NCBI GenBank assembly: GCA_029858565.1
Contig: JAOUEV010000021.1
Span: 1 to 50,489 of the forward strand
Direction of reading: 5' to 3'
Length of the DNA: 50,489 nucleotides
DNA from: Nitrospirota bacterium
Lineage (GTDB): Bacteria > Nitrospirota > UBA9217
How positions within the stretch are numbered: position 1 is the stretch's first letter; every line of letters starts with the position of its first letter. Of this stretch, positions 19,545 to 32,581 are shown one piece after another. A program made the position numbers and the translations under genes. The notes beneath the pieces are model-generated. The model made no database searches, was not told the origin of the DNA, and saw only the letters and a program-made list of their open reading frames with translations.

Positions 19545-19765
19545 CTGTTATTAGTATCCTGTAATAAAGATAATTAGTAGTAGTAACAGTAGTACCTGTG
19601 GAATCGTGGGTAGATCCTGCAACGGAATGAAAACAGAAGAAAAAAATGTCTCAATAAGTCCGTAGACGGGGGTCTAACAAACCGTTGGTCAGTGTTGAAA
19701 ACTTCACGAAGAGTTCTGTCCACAGGGTTATGAAACAATTACCAACAGAGAACTGTGGATGGGGG
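19545..19765. other. Putative oriC: AT-rich segment, DnaA-trios and degenerate DnaA boxes
   Basis: TAG TAG TAG TAA CAG TAG (19575-19592), TACC, TGTGGAAT, CGTGGGTAG (19597-19613). Further box-like 9-mers at 19693 (TGTTGAAAA), 19716 (CTGTCCACA), 19739 (TTACCAACA), 19754 (TGTGGATGG). Confidence 0.75.
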
Positions 19766-19778
19766 TCCTAACCTGTTG

Positions 19779-20132
19779 TTATCCCGGAGGCCAGGCAAAA
19801 GGACGGCCGGACAATAGATGCAGATGAATATGGAAAACCGTCTGACCAGCGTCCCGTCCGTTGTTGATCACCATTCGATAACCGCTCTTATCAAGCCCTT
19901 TCTGTGCTGCGATGGTCTTTGCTACGAAAAAGAGATGGCCAATGATCTCCCGGTCCGCAACTGTTATCCCATGAATATCAGCAATATGTTTTTTGGGAAC
20001 GATCAGCATGTGAATCGGCGCCTGGGGATTCAGATCCTCGAACGCCAAGGAATGCTCGTCCTCGTGGACGATCCTTGCGGGGATCTTTTTTTCTATGATC
20101 TTGCAAAAAATGCACTTTTGATCAAGGTCCAC
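19779..20132 (-). CDS. Histidine triad (HIT) nucleotide-binding protein, HinT-like
   Basis: CIFCKII, HMLIVPKKH, GQTVFHIHLHLL, WPPG. GTG start at 20132 with AGGAGG SD. Confidence 0.92.
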   Translation of the reverse strand: MDLDQKCIFCKIIEKKIPARIVHEDEHSLAFEDLNPQAPIHMLIVPKKHIADIHGITVADREIIGHLFFVAKTIAAQKGLDKSGYRMVINNGRDAGQTVFHIHLHLLSGRPFAWPPG

Positions 20133-20321
20133 CTTTTCCTCCTGGTAGCTATGAAAAATAATCCGAAAGCGACAGAACCCAACGTGCCGATGATTAACGG
20201 AATATTCCAAGAACCGGGGATTTGCCTGTGAGCCTAGCGGGGAAAGATATTATCATGCATATCTTCCTTGGGCCCACCGCTGTGGTATCCAAGGCAGTGC
20301 AGGCTTTCGCCAGCACGCAGA

Positions 20322-20645
20322 CTATCCCGAAAAACTTCTATAGAAACAGCTTCTCGATCCCGTATGGCATGCAGGACCGGTCTGCTCGACCTTGATAAGC
20401 AGAGTATCCTGGTCGCAATCATACAGGATCTCCTTTACCTGCTGCACATGACCAGATGTCTCTCCCTTTTTCCAGAACTTCTGGCGAGACCGGCTCCAGT
20501 ACCAGGTAAAGCCGCTGTCAACAGTCTTCTTGACCGATTCCGCGTTCATATAGGCGACCATCAGGATCTCGTTGGTCTTCCAGTCCTGGACAACGGCGGG
20601 GATCAGCCCTTTGTCGTCATATTTCAGGTCGTTCGGTATTTTCAT
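20322..20645 (-). CDS. hisI: Phosphoribosyl-AMP cyclohydrolase
   Basis: [37 protein letters not shown]. Confidence 0.95.
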   Translation of the reverse strand: MKIPNDLKYDDKGLIPAVVQDWKTNEILMVAYMNAESVKKTVDSGFTWYWSRSRQKFWKKGETSGHVQQVKEILYDCDQDTLLIKVEQTGPACHTGSRSCFYRSFSG

Positions 20646-20687
20646 GCCCGTTTTTTATCACAGTATCCGGAAAAAGTCCAGAGCAAT

Positions 20688-20716
20688 AAAAAACCGGTTC
20701 TTGAAAAGAACCGGTT
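20688..20716 (-). terminator. Intrinsic terminator after tusA-dsrE2
   Basis: AACCGGTTCTT-gaa-AAGAACCGGTT stem with an A-run on the left (U-tail on minus strand). Confidence 0.7.
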
Positions 20717-20745
20717 CTCGGATGTTTCGAATTGGACACGTCGTA

Positions 20746-21219
20746 TCAGATGAACAGGTTGATATCTGCATCTGCCGCAAGGTCCATCCAGCTTGCCGCA
20801 CCGCCAAACTCAACGCCTTCGATGATGTCCGATTGTTTGTACCCCATGACGTCCATAGTCATCTGGCAGGCAATGAGCTTGATCCCGCTCTCCTTGGCCA
20901 TATCCAGCAGCGTCTGGATCGTTGCAACGCCGTGTTTCTTGAACATGGATTTCATCATGGCCGTTGCCATTGCCTCCATGCCCGGCATGGAAGAGACCAG
21001 CGTGGGAATGGGAATCGGCATTGGCATGGCGGGATTGCCGAGCGGTGATACCTTGAGACTGTCAGCATTGTTCTTCTTTATGATCTCCAGACCGTAGAAC
21101 GTGAAAAAGATAGTGACATCCACATCCATGGCCGCGGCTGTTGTTGCGAGAATGAGCGGCGGATAGGCCATGTCCAGGGAACCCTTGGACGCAATGATCG
21201 TCATTTTTTTGTTTGCCAT
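20746..21219 (-). CDS. DsrE2-like (DsrE/DsrF/DrsH) sulfur-relay protein
   Basis: SKGSLDMAYPPLILATTAAA, FFTFYGL, IACQMTMDVMG. Confidence 0.88.
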   Translation of the reverse strand: MANKKMTIIASKGSLDMAYPPLILATTAAAMDVDVTIFFTFYGLEIIKKNNADSLKVSPLGNPAMPMPIPIPTLVSSMPGMEAMATAMMKSMFKKHGVATIQTLLDMAKESGIKLIACQMTMDVMGYKQSDIIEGVEFGGAASWMDLAADADINLFI

Positions 21220-21231
21220 GGTAATCGCTCC

Positions 21232-21474
21232 TTAAGCGGACTTTTTTATAAAGAAGGTGAACATTCCACCAGCCTCTTCAACCTTGAGAATCTCGTTGCC
21301 GGTTCGTTTTGCCCACGATGCCATGTCATTCTTTGAACCCGGGTCCGTGGTCTCTACCTTCAAAACCTGGTCCTTTGCCATTACTTCCACAGCCTTCTTG
21401 GTCTTCAAGATCGGCAGGGGACAGCTCATGCCTTTTGCATCCAGAACCTGATCAACTTTGATATCAGCGCACAT
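21232..21474 (-). CDS. tusA: TusA/SirA-family sulfur carrier
   Basis: LDAKGMSCPLP motif, TTDPGS; ATG 21474 with GGAGG SD. Confidence 0.85.
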   Translation of the reverse strand: MCADIKVDQVLDAKGMSCPLPILKTKKAVEVMAKDQVLKVETTDPGSKNDMASWAKRTGNEILKVEEAGGMFTFFIKKSA

Positions 21475-21536
21475 ATTCTTGACCTCCCGCAATTAACGAA
21501 ATGATAACTTACTATCATTGTTGAAACACTCGTTTT

Positions 21537-21565
21537 ATATTATAAGAGAATAGTTTCAAAGTCAA
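21537..21565 (-). promoter_or_regulatory. Sigma70-type promoter of tusA-dsrE2
   Basis: Minus strand TTGACT-17-TAATAT. Confidence 0.55.
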
Positions 21566-21624
21566 GCATTTTTATACAAGCCGCTCCATCAGGATCCCTC
21601 GTTTTCGGTTTCCGGAAAAAGACC

Positions 21625-21653
21625 TTGCCAGACCACAGAGGTTCTGGTATAGT
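21625..21653 (+). promoter_or_regulatory. Sigma70-type promoter of dnaA
   Basis: TTGCCA-17-TATAGT with extended TGn. Confidence 0.6.
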
Positions 21654-21667
21654 CTTGCTTCGTTGAT

Positions 21668-21842
21668 TGTTGATAAGTTCCCGCCAAAATGCGCTCAACA
21701 ATAAGTGTAATCAAAGAGATTTATGATGCGCTGCTAGAAGGCAGGAAATACAGGGTCAGGAAAATCGGATTATTACCCTCTCTTGTATGGTATAACACCT
21801 TAAAAAGATGAGGCTTAATGCGTTATCAACAGCTGTGGATAA
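21668..21842. promoter_or_regulatory. DnaA boxes upstream of dnaA
   Basis: TGTTGATAA (21668), TTATCAACA (21823) and consensus TGTGGATAA (21834); the last two form an inverted pair. Confidence 0.75.
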
Positions 21843-21880
21843 GTATGTTTGTAACCTGTCGTGTTTTTTCGAGGTAACCT

Positions 21881-23212
21881 ATGGATTTTGCAAAGGTCTG
21901 GGAAGAGATATTATTCCTCATTGAGAGCAAGATGTCGAAACAGGGATTCGACACCTGGTTCGCTCAATCCCACTTGCTTTCCTTCGACGGTTCGAAAATG
22001 ATCATTGAAGTTCCGAGCAAATTTCATCGCGACTGGATCCGGGAAAGGCACTGGAACATCCTGACCGATGTCATCAAAGAGGTCACGAAGAAGGAACAGA
22101 TTGAGATCGACTTCGAGGTGCCTCCCCAGGAACAGCCAAAAAAAGCACCGAAACAGACCAAGGAAGAAAAGAAAGAAGAGCGACAGGAAAAAACCAACCT
22201 TCTCGAGAAAAAGTACACTTTTAACACGTTCGTGGTCGGCCCGAGCAACCAGTTCGCCCACGCATCCGCCAAGGCCGTTGCAGAGGCGCCGGGAAGAGCC
22301 TATAATCCGCTTTTTATTTACAGCGGCGTCGGACTGGGAAAGACCCACCTGGTGAACTCGATCGGCCACTTCGTCCAGAGCAAATCGCCGAAGGCGCGGG
22401 TTGCATACCTCTCCTCGGAACAATTCACCAATGAGCTCATCACTCACATCAGCCGCCAGAAGATGGATGATTTCCGGCAGCGATTCCGTCACATGGATAT
22501 CCTGATCATCGACGATATCCAGTTCATTGCCGGCAAGGAGCGGACCCAGGAAGAGTTCTTTCATACTTTTAACTCGCTCTATGAGGCACAGAAACAGATC
22601 GTTCTTACCAGCGACCGCCAGCCCAAGGAGATACCCGATATCGAAGAGCGGCTCCGATCGCGCTTCGAGGCAGGTCTTATCGCGGACATCCAGGCGCCCG
22701 ACCTTGAAACGCGTGTGGCGATCCTGAAGAGAAAAGCGGAGGTCCAGAATATCCGCCTGCCCGATGATGTGGCAAAATACCTGGCCACCATGCTCAAGAA
22801 CAATATACGCGAGCTTGAGGGCGGCCTCATGCGCATCGGCGCAATCGCTTCACTGACCAACACGGATATCACGGTGGACCTTGCGAAGAACGAGCTTCGC
22901 CACTTGATCGATACCCGCGAGAAGATCATTACACACGAATTGATCCAGAAGGTCGTTGCTGATTCCTTTGGCGTGAAACCTTCGGACCTCAAGTCCAAGC
23001 GGCGTACCAAGAACGTGGTCCTTCCCCGGCAGGTAGCTATGTATCTTTGCAGAACCCTGGCGGGCGCATCGCTTCCCGAGATCGGAAATTTCTTCGGCGG
23101 AAAGGACCATAGCACGGTCATCCACGCCTATAAGGTGATCGAGGAAAAGAAGGAAAAAGATCCCGATCTTAAGGACCGGATAGAGCTCTTGATAAAGCAG
23201 CTAAGGTCTTGA
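21881..23212 (+). CDS. dnaA: Chromosomal replication initiator DnaA
   Basis: YTFNTFVVG, YNPLFIYSGVGLGKTHL, IDDIQF, RLRSRF, GGKDHSTV. Confidence 0.98.
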   Translation: MDFAKVWEEILFLIESKMSKQGFDTWFAQSHLLSFDGSKMIIEVPSKFHRDWIRERHWNILTDVIKEVTKKEQIEIDFEVPPQEQPKKAPKQTKEEKKEERQEKTNLLEKKYTFNTFVVGPSNQFAHASAKAVAEAPGRAYNPLFIYSGVGLGKTHLVNSIGHFVQSKSPKARVAYLSSEQFTNELITHISRQKMDDFRQRFRHMDILIIDDIQFIAGKERTQEEFFHTFNSLYEAQKQIVLTSDRQPKEIPDIEERLRSRFEAGLIADIQAPDLETRVAILKRKAEVQNIRLPDDVAKYLATMLKNNIRELEGGLMRIGAIASLTNTDITVDLAKNELRHLIDTREKIITHELIQKVVADSFGVKPSDLKSKRRTKNVVLPRQVAMYLCRTLAGASLPEIGNFFGGKDHSTVIHAYKVIEEKKEKDPDLKDRIELLIKQLRS

Positions 23213-23299
23213 TTTACTTCTGTTTTTACAGCCTGATTTGTCTTGCTATTTGGATAATGTTCTGATAGTATTGACAAACTCCCAAGGGAGGCTTGTTGC

Positions 23300-24415
23300 A
23301 TGAAACTACGCATAAAGAAAGACGAAATCCTCAGGGGATTGCAGAGGATCCAGGGTGTGGTGGACAAGAAGAACACCATGCCCATCCTGTCGAACATGCT
23401 TCTCTCCGCCGACACCAAGGGCGTGGAGATCGTGGCAACCGACCTCGAGATCGGTCTTCGCGGACGCTATGTCGCCGATGTTGAACAACCCGGCGCCGTG
23501 ACGGTCTCTGCAAAGAAGATGTACGAGATCGTTCGGGAACTGCCTTCTGAGGACATTCAGATCAGGGCGGAAGAGAACAACTCGGTCAAGATCGTCTCAG
23601 GTCAGTCGCAGTTCAAGCTTGTAGGCCTGCCCAAGGAAGAATATCCCAGCATGCCCGATGTGGCGGAAGAGGGCATGATATCCATCGCCGGGGAAACTCT
23701 GCGCGACATGATCAGAAAGACGATCTATGCGTCGGGCGAGAACGATGCCCGGTATGTTCTGAATGGCCTGTTCCTCCATCTATCGCCCGCGAAGAGCGGG
23801 CTGAACATCCGGATGGTCGGCACCGACGGACACCGGCTTTCATTGATCGACCGGACCGTCGATGCCACGCACAAGGAAGAGAGCGTCATTATTCCCAAGA
23901 AGGCCATGCTCGAGCTGAGACGGCTTCTTGAGGAGGATGCGTCGCAGGAGGGGTTCCAGATCGGCCTGAGCAAGAACCACGCGCTCTTCAAGCGTGACGG
24001 TCTCGTCATGGTATCCAAGCTCATAGACGGGAATTATCCCAACTATCAGCAGGTCATCCCCGCCAAGAACACGAAACTGGTCGCTGTTTCCCGTGACCTT
24101 TTCACGCACGCGGTAAAGCGCGTTTCGATCCTTTCCAAGGAAAAGACGAACGCCGTTAAGCTGCAGCTCGAAAAGGGCACGCTTCTTCTGTCCACGAACA
24201 ATCCCGAGGTCGGGGAGGCGAATGAGGAGATCGCCGTCGACTACCAGGGAGATGGGCTGACCATCGGTTTTAATTCCCGGTACCTGCTCGATGTGCTTAT
24301 GGCAATGGATACGCCGACCATTACCCTGGAGCTGCACGATCCCCTCAGCCCGTGCCTGGTGAAGGAAGAGGGTAGCGACTCCTATAGATGCGTTGTCATG
24401 CCGATGCGTGTCTAG
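23300..24415 (+). CDS. dnaN: DNA polymerase III beta clamp
   Basis: MPILSN, ATDLEI, TDGHRL, GNYPNY, VVMPMRV. Confidence 0.97.
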   Translation: MKLRIKKDEILRGLQRIQGVVDKKNTMPILSNMLLSADTKGVEIVATDLEIGLRGRYVADVEQPGAVTVSAKKMYEIVRELPSEDIQIRAEENNSVKIVSGQSQFKLVGLPKEEYPSMPDVAEEGMISIAGETLRDMIRKTIYASGENDARYVLNGLFLHLSPAKSGLNIRMVGTDGHRLSLIDRTVDATHKEESVIIPKKAMLELRRLLEEDASQEGFQIGLSKNHALFKRDGLVMVSKLIDGNYPNYQQVIPAKNTKLVAVSRDLFTHAVKRVSILSKEKTNAVKLQLEKGTLLLSTNNPEVGEANEEIAVDYQGDGLTIGFNSRYLLDVLMAMDTPTITLELHDPLSPCLVKEEGSDSYRCVVMPMRV

Positions 24416-24474
24416 CAGTCGCGCAGGGAGCACGACAAGCACGGCCCGGGAATGCCGGGGCATAAATTGTTCTC

Positions 24475-26929
<2,455 letters not shown>

Positions 26930-26932
26930 CCT

Positions 26933-27562
26933 ATGCTGAACACCAATGATGCAACTCGGCCCCGCGGTACGCAGTCCGTCGGCAATAGGCTCCTCCTGAC
27001 AGGTCTGCTGATATTGAGCGTGCTGTTCTGCGCTGCATGCGGCGTGAAACACGTTCCGGTCCCGCCGCCGGATGACGAATACAAGACACTGAACGACCGG
27101 AGCGCCGTCCTGATCAATCAGGGTTTGTACGAAGACGCGTTGGAGGCGGTGGAGCGGTCCCTGGCGATCAAGCCGGACTACTCTATTGCCTGGAACAACA
27201 AAGGCGTCATTCTCCTGAATCTCGGCAGAATGGAAGAAGCGCTCGAGGCTGTTGACCGGGCTATTGAGATCGATCCTTTGAACGCCATGGCATGGAGCAA
27301 CAAAGCCATGGTTTACGGTAACACCAATCGGATGGCTGAAGCGCTTCAGGCCATGGACCGCGCGTTGCTCCTTGAGCCCGCGAACGGGCTGCTCCTCTTT
27401 AACAAGGCCTGCTACCAGGCGCTTTCCGGAGACCGCGAGGGAGCGATCAATAGCCTGGAGAAAGCGATACAGCAGGATTCCCGGATCAAGCCCCTTGCCG
27501 CGCGCGAAGAGGACCTCAAGAGCCTGCGAGACGAACCCCGGTTCAAAAAAATCACTCAATAG
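26933..27562 (+). CDS. TPR-repeat protein, probable lipoprotein
   Basis: Hydrophobic stretch ending CAACG, repeated AWNNKG/AWSNKA TPR units. Start uncertain. Confidence 0.75.
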   Translation: MLNTNDATRPRGTQSVGNRLLLTGLLILSVLFCAACGVKHVPVPPPDDEYKTLNDRSAVLINQGLYEDALEAVERSLAIKPDYSIAWNNKGVILLNLGRMEEALEAVDRAIEIDPLNAMAWSNKAMVYGNTNRMAEALQAMDRALLLEPANGLLLFNKACYQALSGDREGAINSLEKAIQQDSRIKPLAAREEDLKSLRDEPRFKKITQ

Positions 27563-27576
27563 CTTCCAGGTAGAGA

Positions 27577-30063
27577 ATGATGGAACCCCTTGAAATAAAA
27601 ACACAGATCAATATCGAACAGGAGATGAAGACCGCCTACCTCGATTACTCCATGAGTGTGATCGTGGGACGGGCGCTGCCTGATGCTCGCGACGGCCTGA
27701 AGCCGGTGCACCGGCGGATCCTCTACGCCATGTTCCGCGAGGGGCTCCTGCACAACAAAAAGTATTCCAAGAGCGCTGGCGTTGTCGGTGAAGTTCTGAA
27801 GAAATACCACCCTCATGGCGACAGCGCGGTCTATGACACGATGGTGCGCATGGCCCAGGACTTCAACATGCGCTATCTGCTCGTAGACGGCCAGGGGAAT
27901 TTCGGGTCCATTGACGGCGATTCCGCGGCAGCCTATCGCTACACCGAAGCCCGGCTTACCAAGCTGGCGGAAGAACTGCTCGCGGACATCGATAAGGAGA
28001 CAGTTGATTTCGTTCCGAACTTTGATGACACCACGGTGGAGCCCTCGGTGCTTCCCACGAAGGTCCCGAATCTCCTGATCAACGGTTCTTCGGGAATTGC
28101 CGTGGGCATGGCAACGAACGTTCCTCCGCACAATCTCGGCGAGATCGTCGACGGTCTGGTGATGCTCATCGACAATCCCGACGCGACCGTGCCGGAGCTG
28201 ATGACCGTCATCAAGGGCCCCGACTTCCCGACTGCCGGGTTCATTCACGGGTTCGAGGGCATCCGCCAGGCCTACACGACCGGCCGCGGCATCATCCAGA
28301 TGCGTGCGCGGGCCACTATCGAGGAAATGAAGGGCGATCGCGAGTGCATTGTCATCACCGAGCTTCCGTATCAGGTGAATAAGCGCCGCCTGCTTGAGCG
28401 TATCGCCGAGCTGATCCATGATAAGAAGATCACCGGGATCTCCGAGATCCGCGATGAATCGGACCGCGAGGGCATGCGGGTCGTCGCAGAACTAAAAAAG
28501 GGCGAGATCTCCACGGTTATCCTGAACCAGCTTTACAAGCACACGGATCTTCAGGCGACCTTTGGCGTGATCATGCTGGCACTGGTGAACAACCAGCCGC
28601 GAATCCTGAACCTCCGCAAGCTGCTGACCCATTTTCTCCAGCATCGCCGCGAGGTCGTTATTCGCCGGACCAAGTTCGATCTTCGCAAGGCCGAGGAGCG
28701 TGCCCATGTCCTGCAGGGCCTCAAGATCGCGATCGAGAACATCGACGCGGTGATCGCGCTGATCAAGGCTGCGGCAAACACCGATGAAGCCAGGGTCGGG
28801 CTGATCAGGGAATTCAAGCTATCGGAGATCCAGGCCCAGGCGATCCTGGAGATGCGGCTGCAGCGACTTACCGGGCTCGAGCGCGACAAGATCGTCGCCG
28901 AGTACGAAGAAGTTCTGAAGGAGATCGCTCGGCTGAACGAGATCCTGGGCTCAGAAGCCCTGGTCATGCAGATCATTCGCGATGAGCTGTTGTCGCTCAA
29001 GGCCGAATACGGCGACGAACGCCGGACCGAGATCGTGGCGGCGACCACGGAGATCGGCATCGAGGACCTGATCAAGGACGAGGAGATGGTGATCACCATC
29101 TCCAACGCGGGCTATATAAAACGGAATCCCCTGACGCTCTATCGCGCCCAGCGCCGCGGCGGCAAGGGAAAGATCGGGATGGAGACGCGGCAGGAGGATT
29201 TCGTTCGGCGGCTGTTCATGGCCACGATGCACAGCTATATCCTTTTCTTTACGAGCAAAGGCCGGGTCTACTGGCTCAAGGTGCACCAGATCCCCGAAGC
29301 GGGCCGTCAGGCAAAGGGCAAGGCCATCGTGAACCTGATCCAGATCGGCCAGGACGACCGCGTGACCGCCGCGCTCCCCGTTCGGGTGTTCACTCCGGAC
29401 CACTTCATTCTCATGGCCACCAAGAAGGGCATTGTCAAGAAAACGGAGTTGGAGGCCTACAGTCATCCCCGGCCGTCGGGCATCATTGCCGTGACGCTCG
29501 AGGAGGGCGACGAGCTGATCGCCGCCGAGGTGACCGATGGCAAGCGCGACGTGTTCCTCGGCACGCGGGACGGCCTTTCGATCCGGTTCAACGAGGCCGA
29601 TGTCCGCGAGATCGGGCGTACCGGAAAAGGCGTCATCGGCGTGCGGCTGGATGAGGGGAACGAGGTCGTTGGCATGGAGATCGTTCGGGATGACTCGACC
29701 ATCCTGACGGTGACCGAGAACGGATTCGGCAAACGAAGCACGCTCGAGGACTATCGCAGCCAGTCGCGGGGCGGCAAGGGCATCATCACGATCAAAACCA
29801 CGGAAAAGAACGGCCGAGTCGTCGGCATTTCCCAGGTGTCCGAGGACGATGAGATCCTTCTTATCACCAAGGACGGAAAGATCCTGCGCACAAAAGCGAA
29901 GGATATTTCCGTGCAGGGCAGGAACACGCAGGGTGTTCGTCTCCTGGAGACCGAGGGAGGCGACCGCGTGGTCAGCCTGGCCAAAGTCGTGGAACGGGAT
30001 GATGAAAAAGAAGCAGCGGCGGACAAGGAGACTCCTGAACCGCCGGTGGTCGGGAACGCCTAG
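27577..30063 (+). CDS. gyrA: DNA gyrase subunit A
   Basis: [30 protein letters not shown], GyrA-box QRRGGKG. Confidence 0.98.
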   Translation: MMEPLEIKTQINIEQEMKTAYLDYSMSVIVGRALPDARDGLKPVHRRILYAMFREGLLHNKKYSKSAGVVGEVLKKYHPHGDSAVYDTMVRMAQDFNMRYLLVDGQGNFGSIDGDSAAAYRYTEARLTKLAEELLADIDKETVDFVPNFDDTTVEPSVLPTKVPNLLINGSSGIAVGMATNVPPHNLGEIVDGLVMLIDNPDATVPELMTVIKGPDFPTAGFIHGFEGIRQAYTTGRGIIQMRARATIEEMKGDRECIVITELPYQVNKRRLLERIAELIHDKKITGISEIRDESDREGMRVVAELKKGEISTVILNQLYKHTDLQATFGVIMLALVNNQPRILNLRKLLTHFLQHRREVVIRRTKFDLRKAEERAHVLQGLKIAIENIDAVIALIKAAANTDEARVGLIREFKLSEIQAQAILEMRLQRLTGLERDKIVAEYEEVLKEIARLNEILGSEALVMQIIRDELLSLKAEYGDERRTEIVAATTEIGIEDLIKDEEMVITISNAGYIKRNPLTLYRAQRRGGKGKIGMETRQEDFVRRLFMATMHSYILFFTSKGRVYWLKVHQIPEAGRQAKGKAIVNLIQIGQDDRVTAALPVRVFTPDHFILMATKKGIVKKTELEAYSHPRPSGIIAVTLEEGDELIAAEVTDGKRDVFLGTRDGLSIRFNEADVREIGRTGKGVIGVRLDEGNEVVGMEIVRDDSTILTVTENGFGKRSTLEDYRSQSRGGKGIITIKTTEKNGRVVGISQVSEDDEILLITKDGKILRTKAKDISVQGRNTQGVRLLETEGGDRVVSLAKVVERDDEKEAAADKETPEPPVVGNA

Positions 30064-30065
30064 GT

Positions 30066-30857
30066 ATGGTGCGAAGCCTGATCTTTCTGGTCATGATGAT
30101 CGCATCGCTGTCGGCCTGCGAATTGCTGGACAAACAAGCGACCGCTGATTATGAGACAGCGACCAAGACCTTATCCGCAGGGGAGTACCAGAAGGCATCG
30201 ACGCTTTTCCTGGTCATGGTCAAGAACCACCCCTTCAGCCCACTGGCAGATAATGCGCTCTATTGGGCAGGAGTAACCCAGTTCCTGTACCTCGGCGAAA
30301 CGGAACGGGCGCTCCAGTCGTTTCGCCTGCTGCTCAAGAAATACCCGCGCCGGGATATGGCGCCGGCAGCGCAGCTCTATATCGCTGAGATCTATGAGCT
30401 CGGTTATAATGATTATCCCCGGGCAATCGAGGAATACCGCAGGGCATCGGAATATTCCGATCGCGAGGTCCGCGAAAGAAGCCTCTACAGCCTTGCCGAC
30501 AACCTTTTTCGCGTGGGCAAGATCGATGAGGCCCGCGATACCTGGCTTCGTCAGATCAAGGAAAACCCCAAGGGAAGACGGGCGGATCTCGCGCTCTATC
30601 GGCTTGGAACAACGGCGTACTCCAAGGGACAGCTCGCTGAAGCGGAAGGGTACTACCGCAGGGCCCTGGCGATCAGCAAAGACAAGGAGCTTGCGGTCAA
30701 GGCGAAGTTCGCTCTTGCCCAGTGTCTTGAGGCGGGAGAGAACCTGAAGGATGCGCTCGCGATCTACAAGGAGCTGGAACCGGAATATGGCAACCGAGAG
30801 GCCATTCTGATCAAGATCAGAGCCCTTGAAACACGGATTCACAAGAAAAGCTATTGA
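30066..30857 (+). CDS. TPR lipoprotein (BamD/YbgF-like)
   Basis: Lipobox LSAC, TPR units (HPFSPLADNALYWAG, ALYRLG). Confidence 0.75.
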   Translation: MVRSLIFLVMMIASLSACELLDKQATADYETATKTLSAGEYQKASTLFLVMVKNHPFSPLADNALYWAGVTQFLYLGETERALQSFRLLLKKYPRRDMAPAAQLYIAEIYELGYNDYPRAIEEYRRASEYSDREVRERSLYSLADNLFRVGKIDEARDTWLRQIKENPKGRRADLALYRLGTTAYSKGQLAEAEGYYRRALAISKDKELAVKAKFALAQCLEAGENLKDALAIYKELEPEYGNREAILIKIRALETRIHKKSY

Positions 30858-30884
30858 CATATCACAGGGAGCGTGTTACTTTTT

Positions 30885-32186
30885 ATGCTCGATTTAAAGA
30901 TTGTCAGAGAACGGACAGAAGAGGTAAAACAGGGACTCCGAAGGCGCGGCATCGAGCTTGACCTGTCGGAGTTTCTCGCGCTGGACGAGAAACGGCGAGT
31001 ATCGCAGCAGGACGCCGACGAACTCCGCCGCAAGCGGAACACGGTCTCCGAGCAGATCGGGAAGCTCAAGAAGAGCGGTCAGCCGGCGGAAGACCTGATG
31101 ACCGAGATGCGGTCGGTCGGTGATTCGATCGCCAAGCTCGAAGCGATCATACGTGAAGCGGAAGAGTCGCAGCGAAATCTCCTGCTTACCATCCCGAACA
31201 TCCCTCATGGAACCGTGCCGGAGGGGAAGGATGAAACGGCCAACGTAGAGATAAAACGCTGGTCGCCCCAGGGAACCGAGCCGGCCAAGCTGTCCTTCGA
31301 ACCAAAGCCACATTGGGACCTAGCCGAGTACCTTGACATAATCGATTTTGACCGGGCTACCAAGATCACGGGTGCCCGATTCGCTCTTTATAAAGGTGCG
31401 GGGGCGCGGCTGGAGCGGGCGCTGATCAATTTCATGCTTGACCTCCACACGGAAGAGCATGGGTATCTTGAAGTGCTTCCGCCGTTCATGGTCAACCGAA
31501 CGAGCATGACCGCCACGGGACAGCTTCCGAAGTTCGAGGAAGAGCTGTTCAAGGTAGAGAACGGAACCTATTTCCTGATCCCTACGGCCGAAGTGCCGGT
31601 AACCAACATTCACCAGGAAGAGATCCTGGGTGACGAGGTTCTTCCGGTGAAGTATACTGCCTATACGCCCTGCTTCCGGCGAGAGGCCGGCTCTTATGGT
31701 AAGGACACCCGCGGACTGATCCGGCAGCATCAGTTCAACAAAGTAGAGCTGGTAAAGTTCGCCAGACCCGAGGACTCCTATCGGGAGCTCGAGACGCTTC
31801 TTCTTGACGCGGAAAATGTGCTGCAACGCCTGCAGTTGCCCTATCGCGTCATAACGCTCTGCGCCGGCGATATGGGGTTTTCCGCGGCAAAAACCTATGA
31901 TATCGAAGTATGGTTGCCGGCGCAGAACAGGTATCGGGAGATCTCCTCGTGCTCCAACTTTGAGGACTTCCAGGCGCGGCGCGGCAATATCAGGTATCGC
32001 CCCAAGGGAAGCAAGAAGACGGAATTCGTCCATACGCTGAACGGTTCAGGGTTGGCGGTCGGGCGGACGGTCGTGGCGATCCTTGAGAATTATCAGCAAT
32101 CCGACGGTACGATCATGGTTCCCGAGGCGCTCAGGCCGTACATGGGCGGAATGGAGCGAATCGTCCGGAGAGGCGGGAATCCGTAA
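30885..32186 (+). CDS. serS: Serine--tRNA ligase
   Basis: [43 protein letters not shown]. Confidence 0.97.
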   Translation: MLDLKIVRERTEEVKQGLRRRGIELDLSEFLALDEKRRVSQQDADELRRKRNTVSEQIGKLKKSGQPAEDLMTEMRSVGDSIAKLEAIIREAEESQRNLLLTIPNIPHGTVPEGKDETANVEIKRWSPQGTEPAKLSFEPKPHWDLAEYLDIIDFDRATKITGARFALYKGAGARLERALINFMLDLHTEEHGYLEVLPPFMVNRTSMTATGQLPKFEEELFKVENGTYFLIPTAEVPVTNIHQEEILGDEVLPVKYTAYTPCFRREAGSYGKDTRGLIRQHQFNKVELVKFARPEDSYRELETLLLDAENVLQRLQLPYRVITLCAGDMGFSAAKTYDIEVWLPAQNRYREISSCSNFEDFQARRGNIRYRPKGSKKTEFVHTLNGSGLAVGRTVVAILENYQQSDGTIMVPEALRPYMGGMERIVRRGGNP

Positions 32187-32250
32187 TTGAGGATTGCGGT
32201 ACGCGGGTTTTGGATCTTGAAATCCGAAAACGTCAATCCGAAATAGAAAC

Positions 32251-32336
<86 letters not shown>

Positions 32337-32433
32337 AATATTTATGCGGATCTCGGAATGGATACGGAAAAGCACGTTGCAGATCCTGTTCATTCTTCAG
32401 TTAATGCGCAAGCTACAATCCAAGGTTAAATAC

Positions 32434-32523
32434 GGAGAGGTGGCCGAGAGGCTGAAGGCAGCTGCCTGCTAAGCAGTTGTGGGGGTAACCTCACCCCGGG
32501 TTCGAATCCCGGCCTCTCCGCCA
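32434..32523 (+). tRNA. tRNA-Ser(GCT)
   Basis: Anticodon loop CT-GCT-AA, long variable arm, CCA end. Confidence 0.95.
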
Positions 32524-32581
32524 TTTGATCGATAGCATAAGGCTTTCGAAACAGCTCAAAAATTCGAAGGAGGATGCAGAA

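Noticed and set aside
23213-23299. dnaA-dnaN spacer as oriC
   Set aside because: Only 87 bp, one imperfect box (TTTGGATAA), no DnaA-trios.
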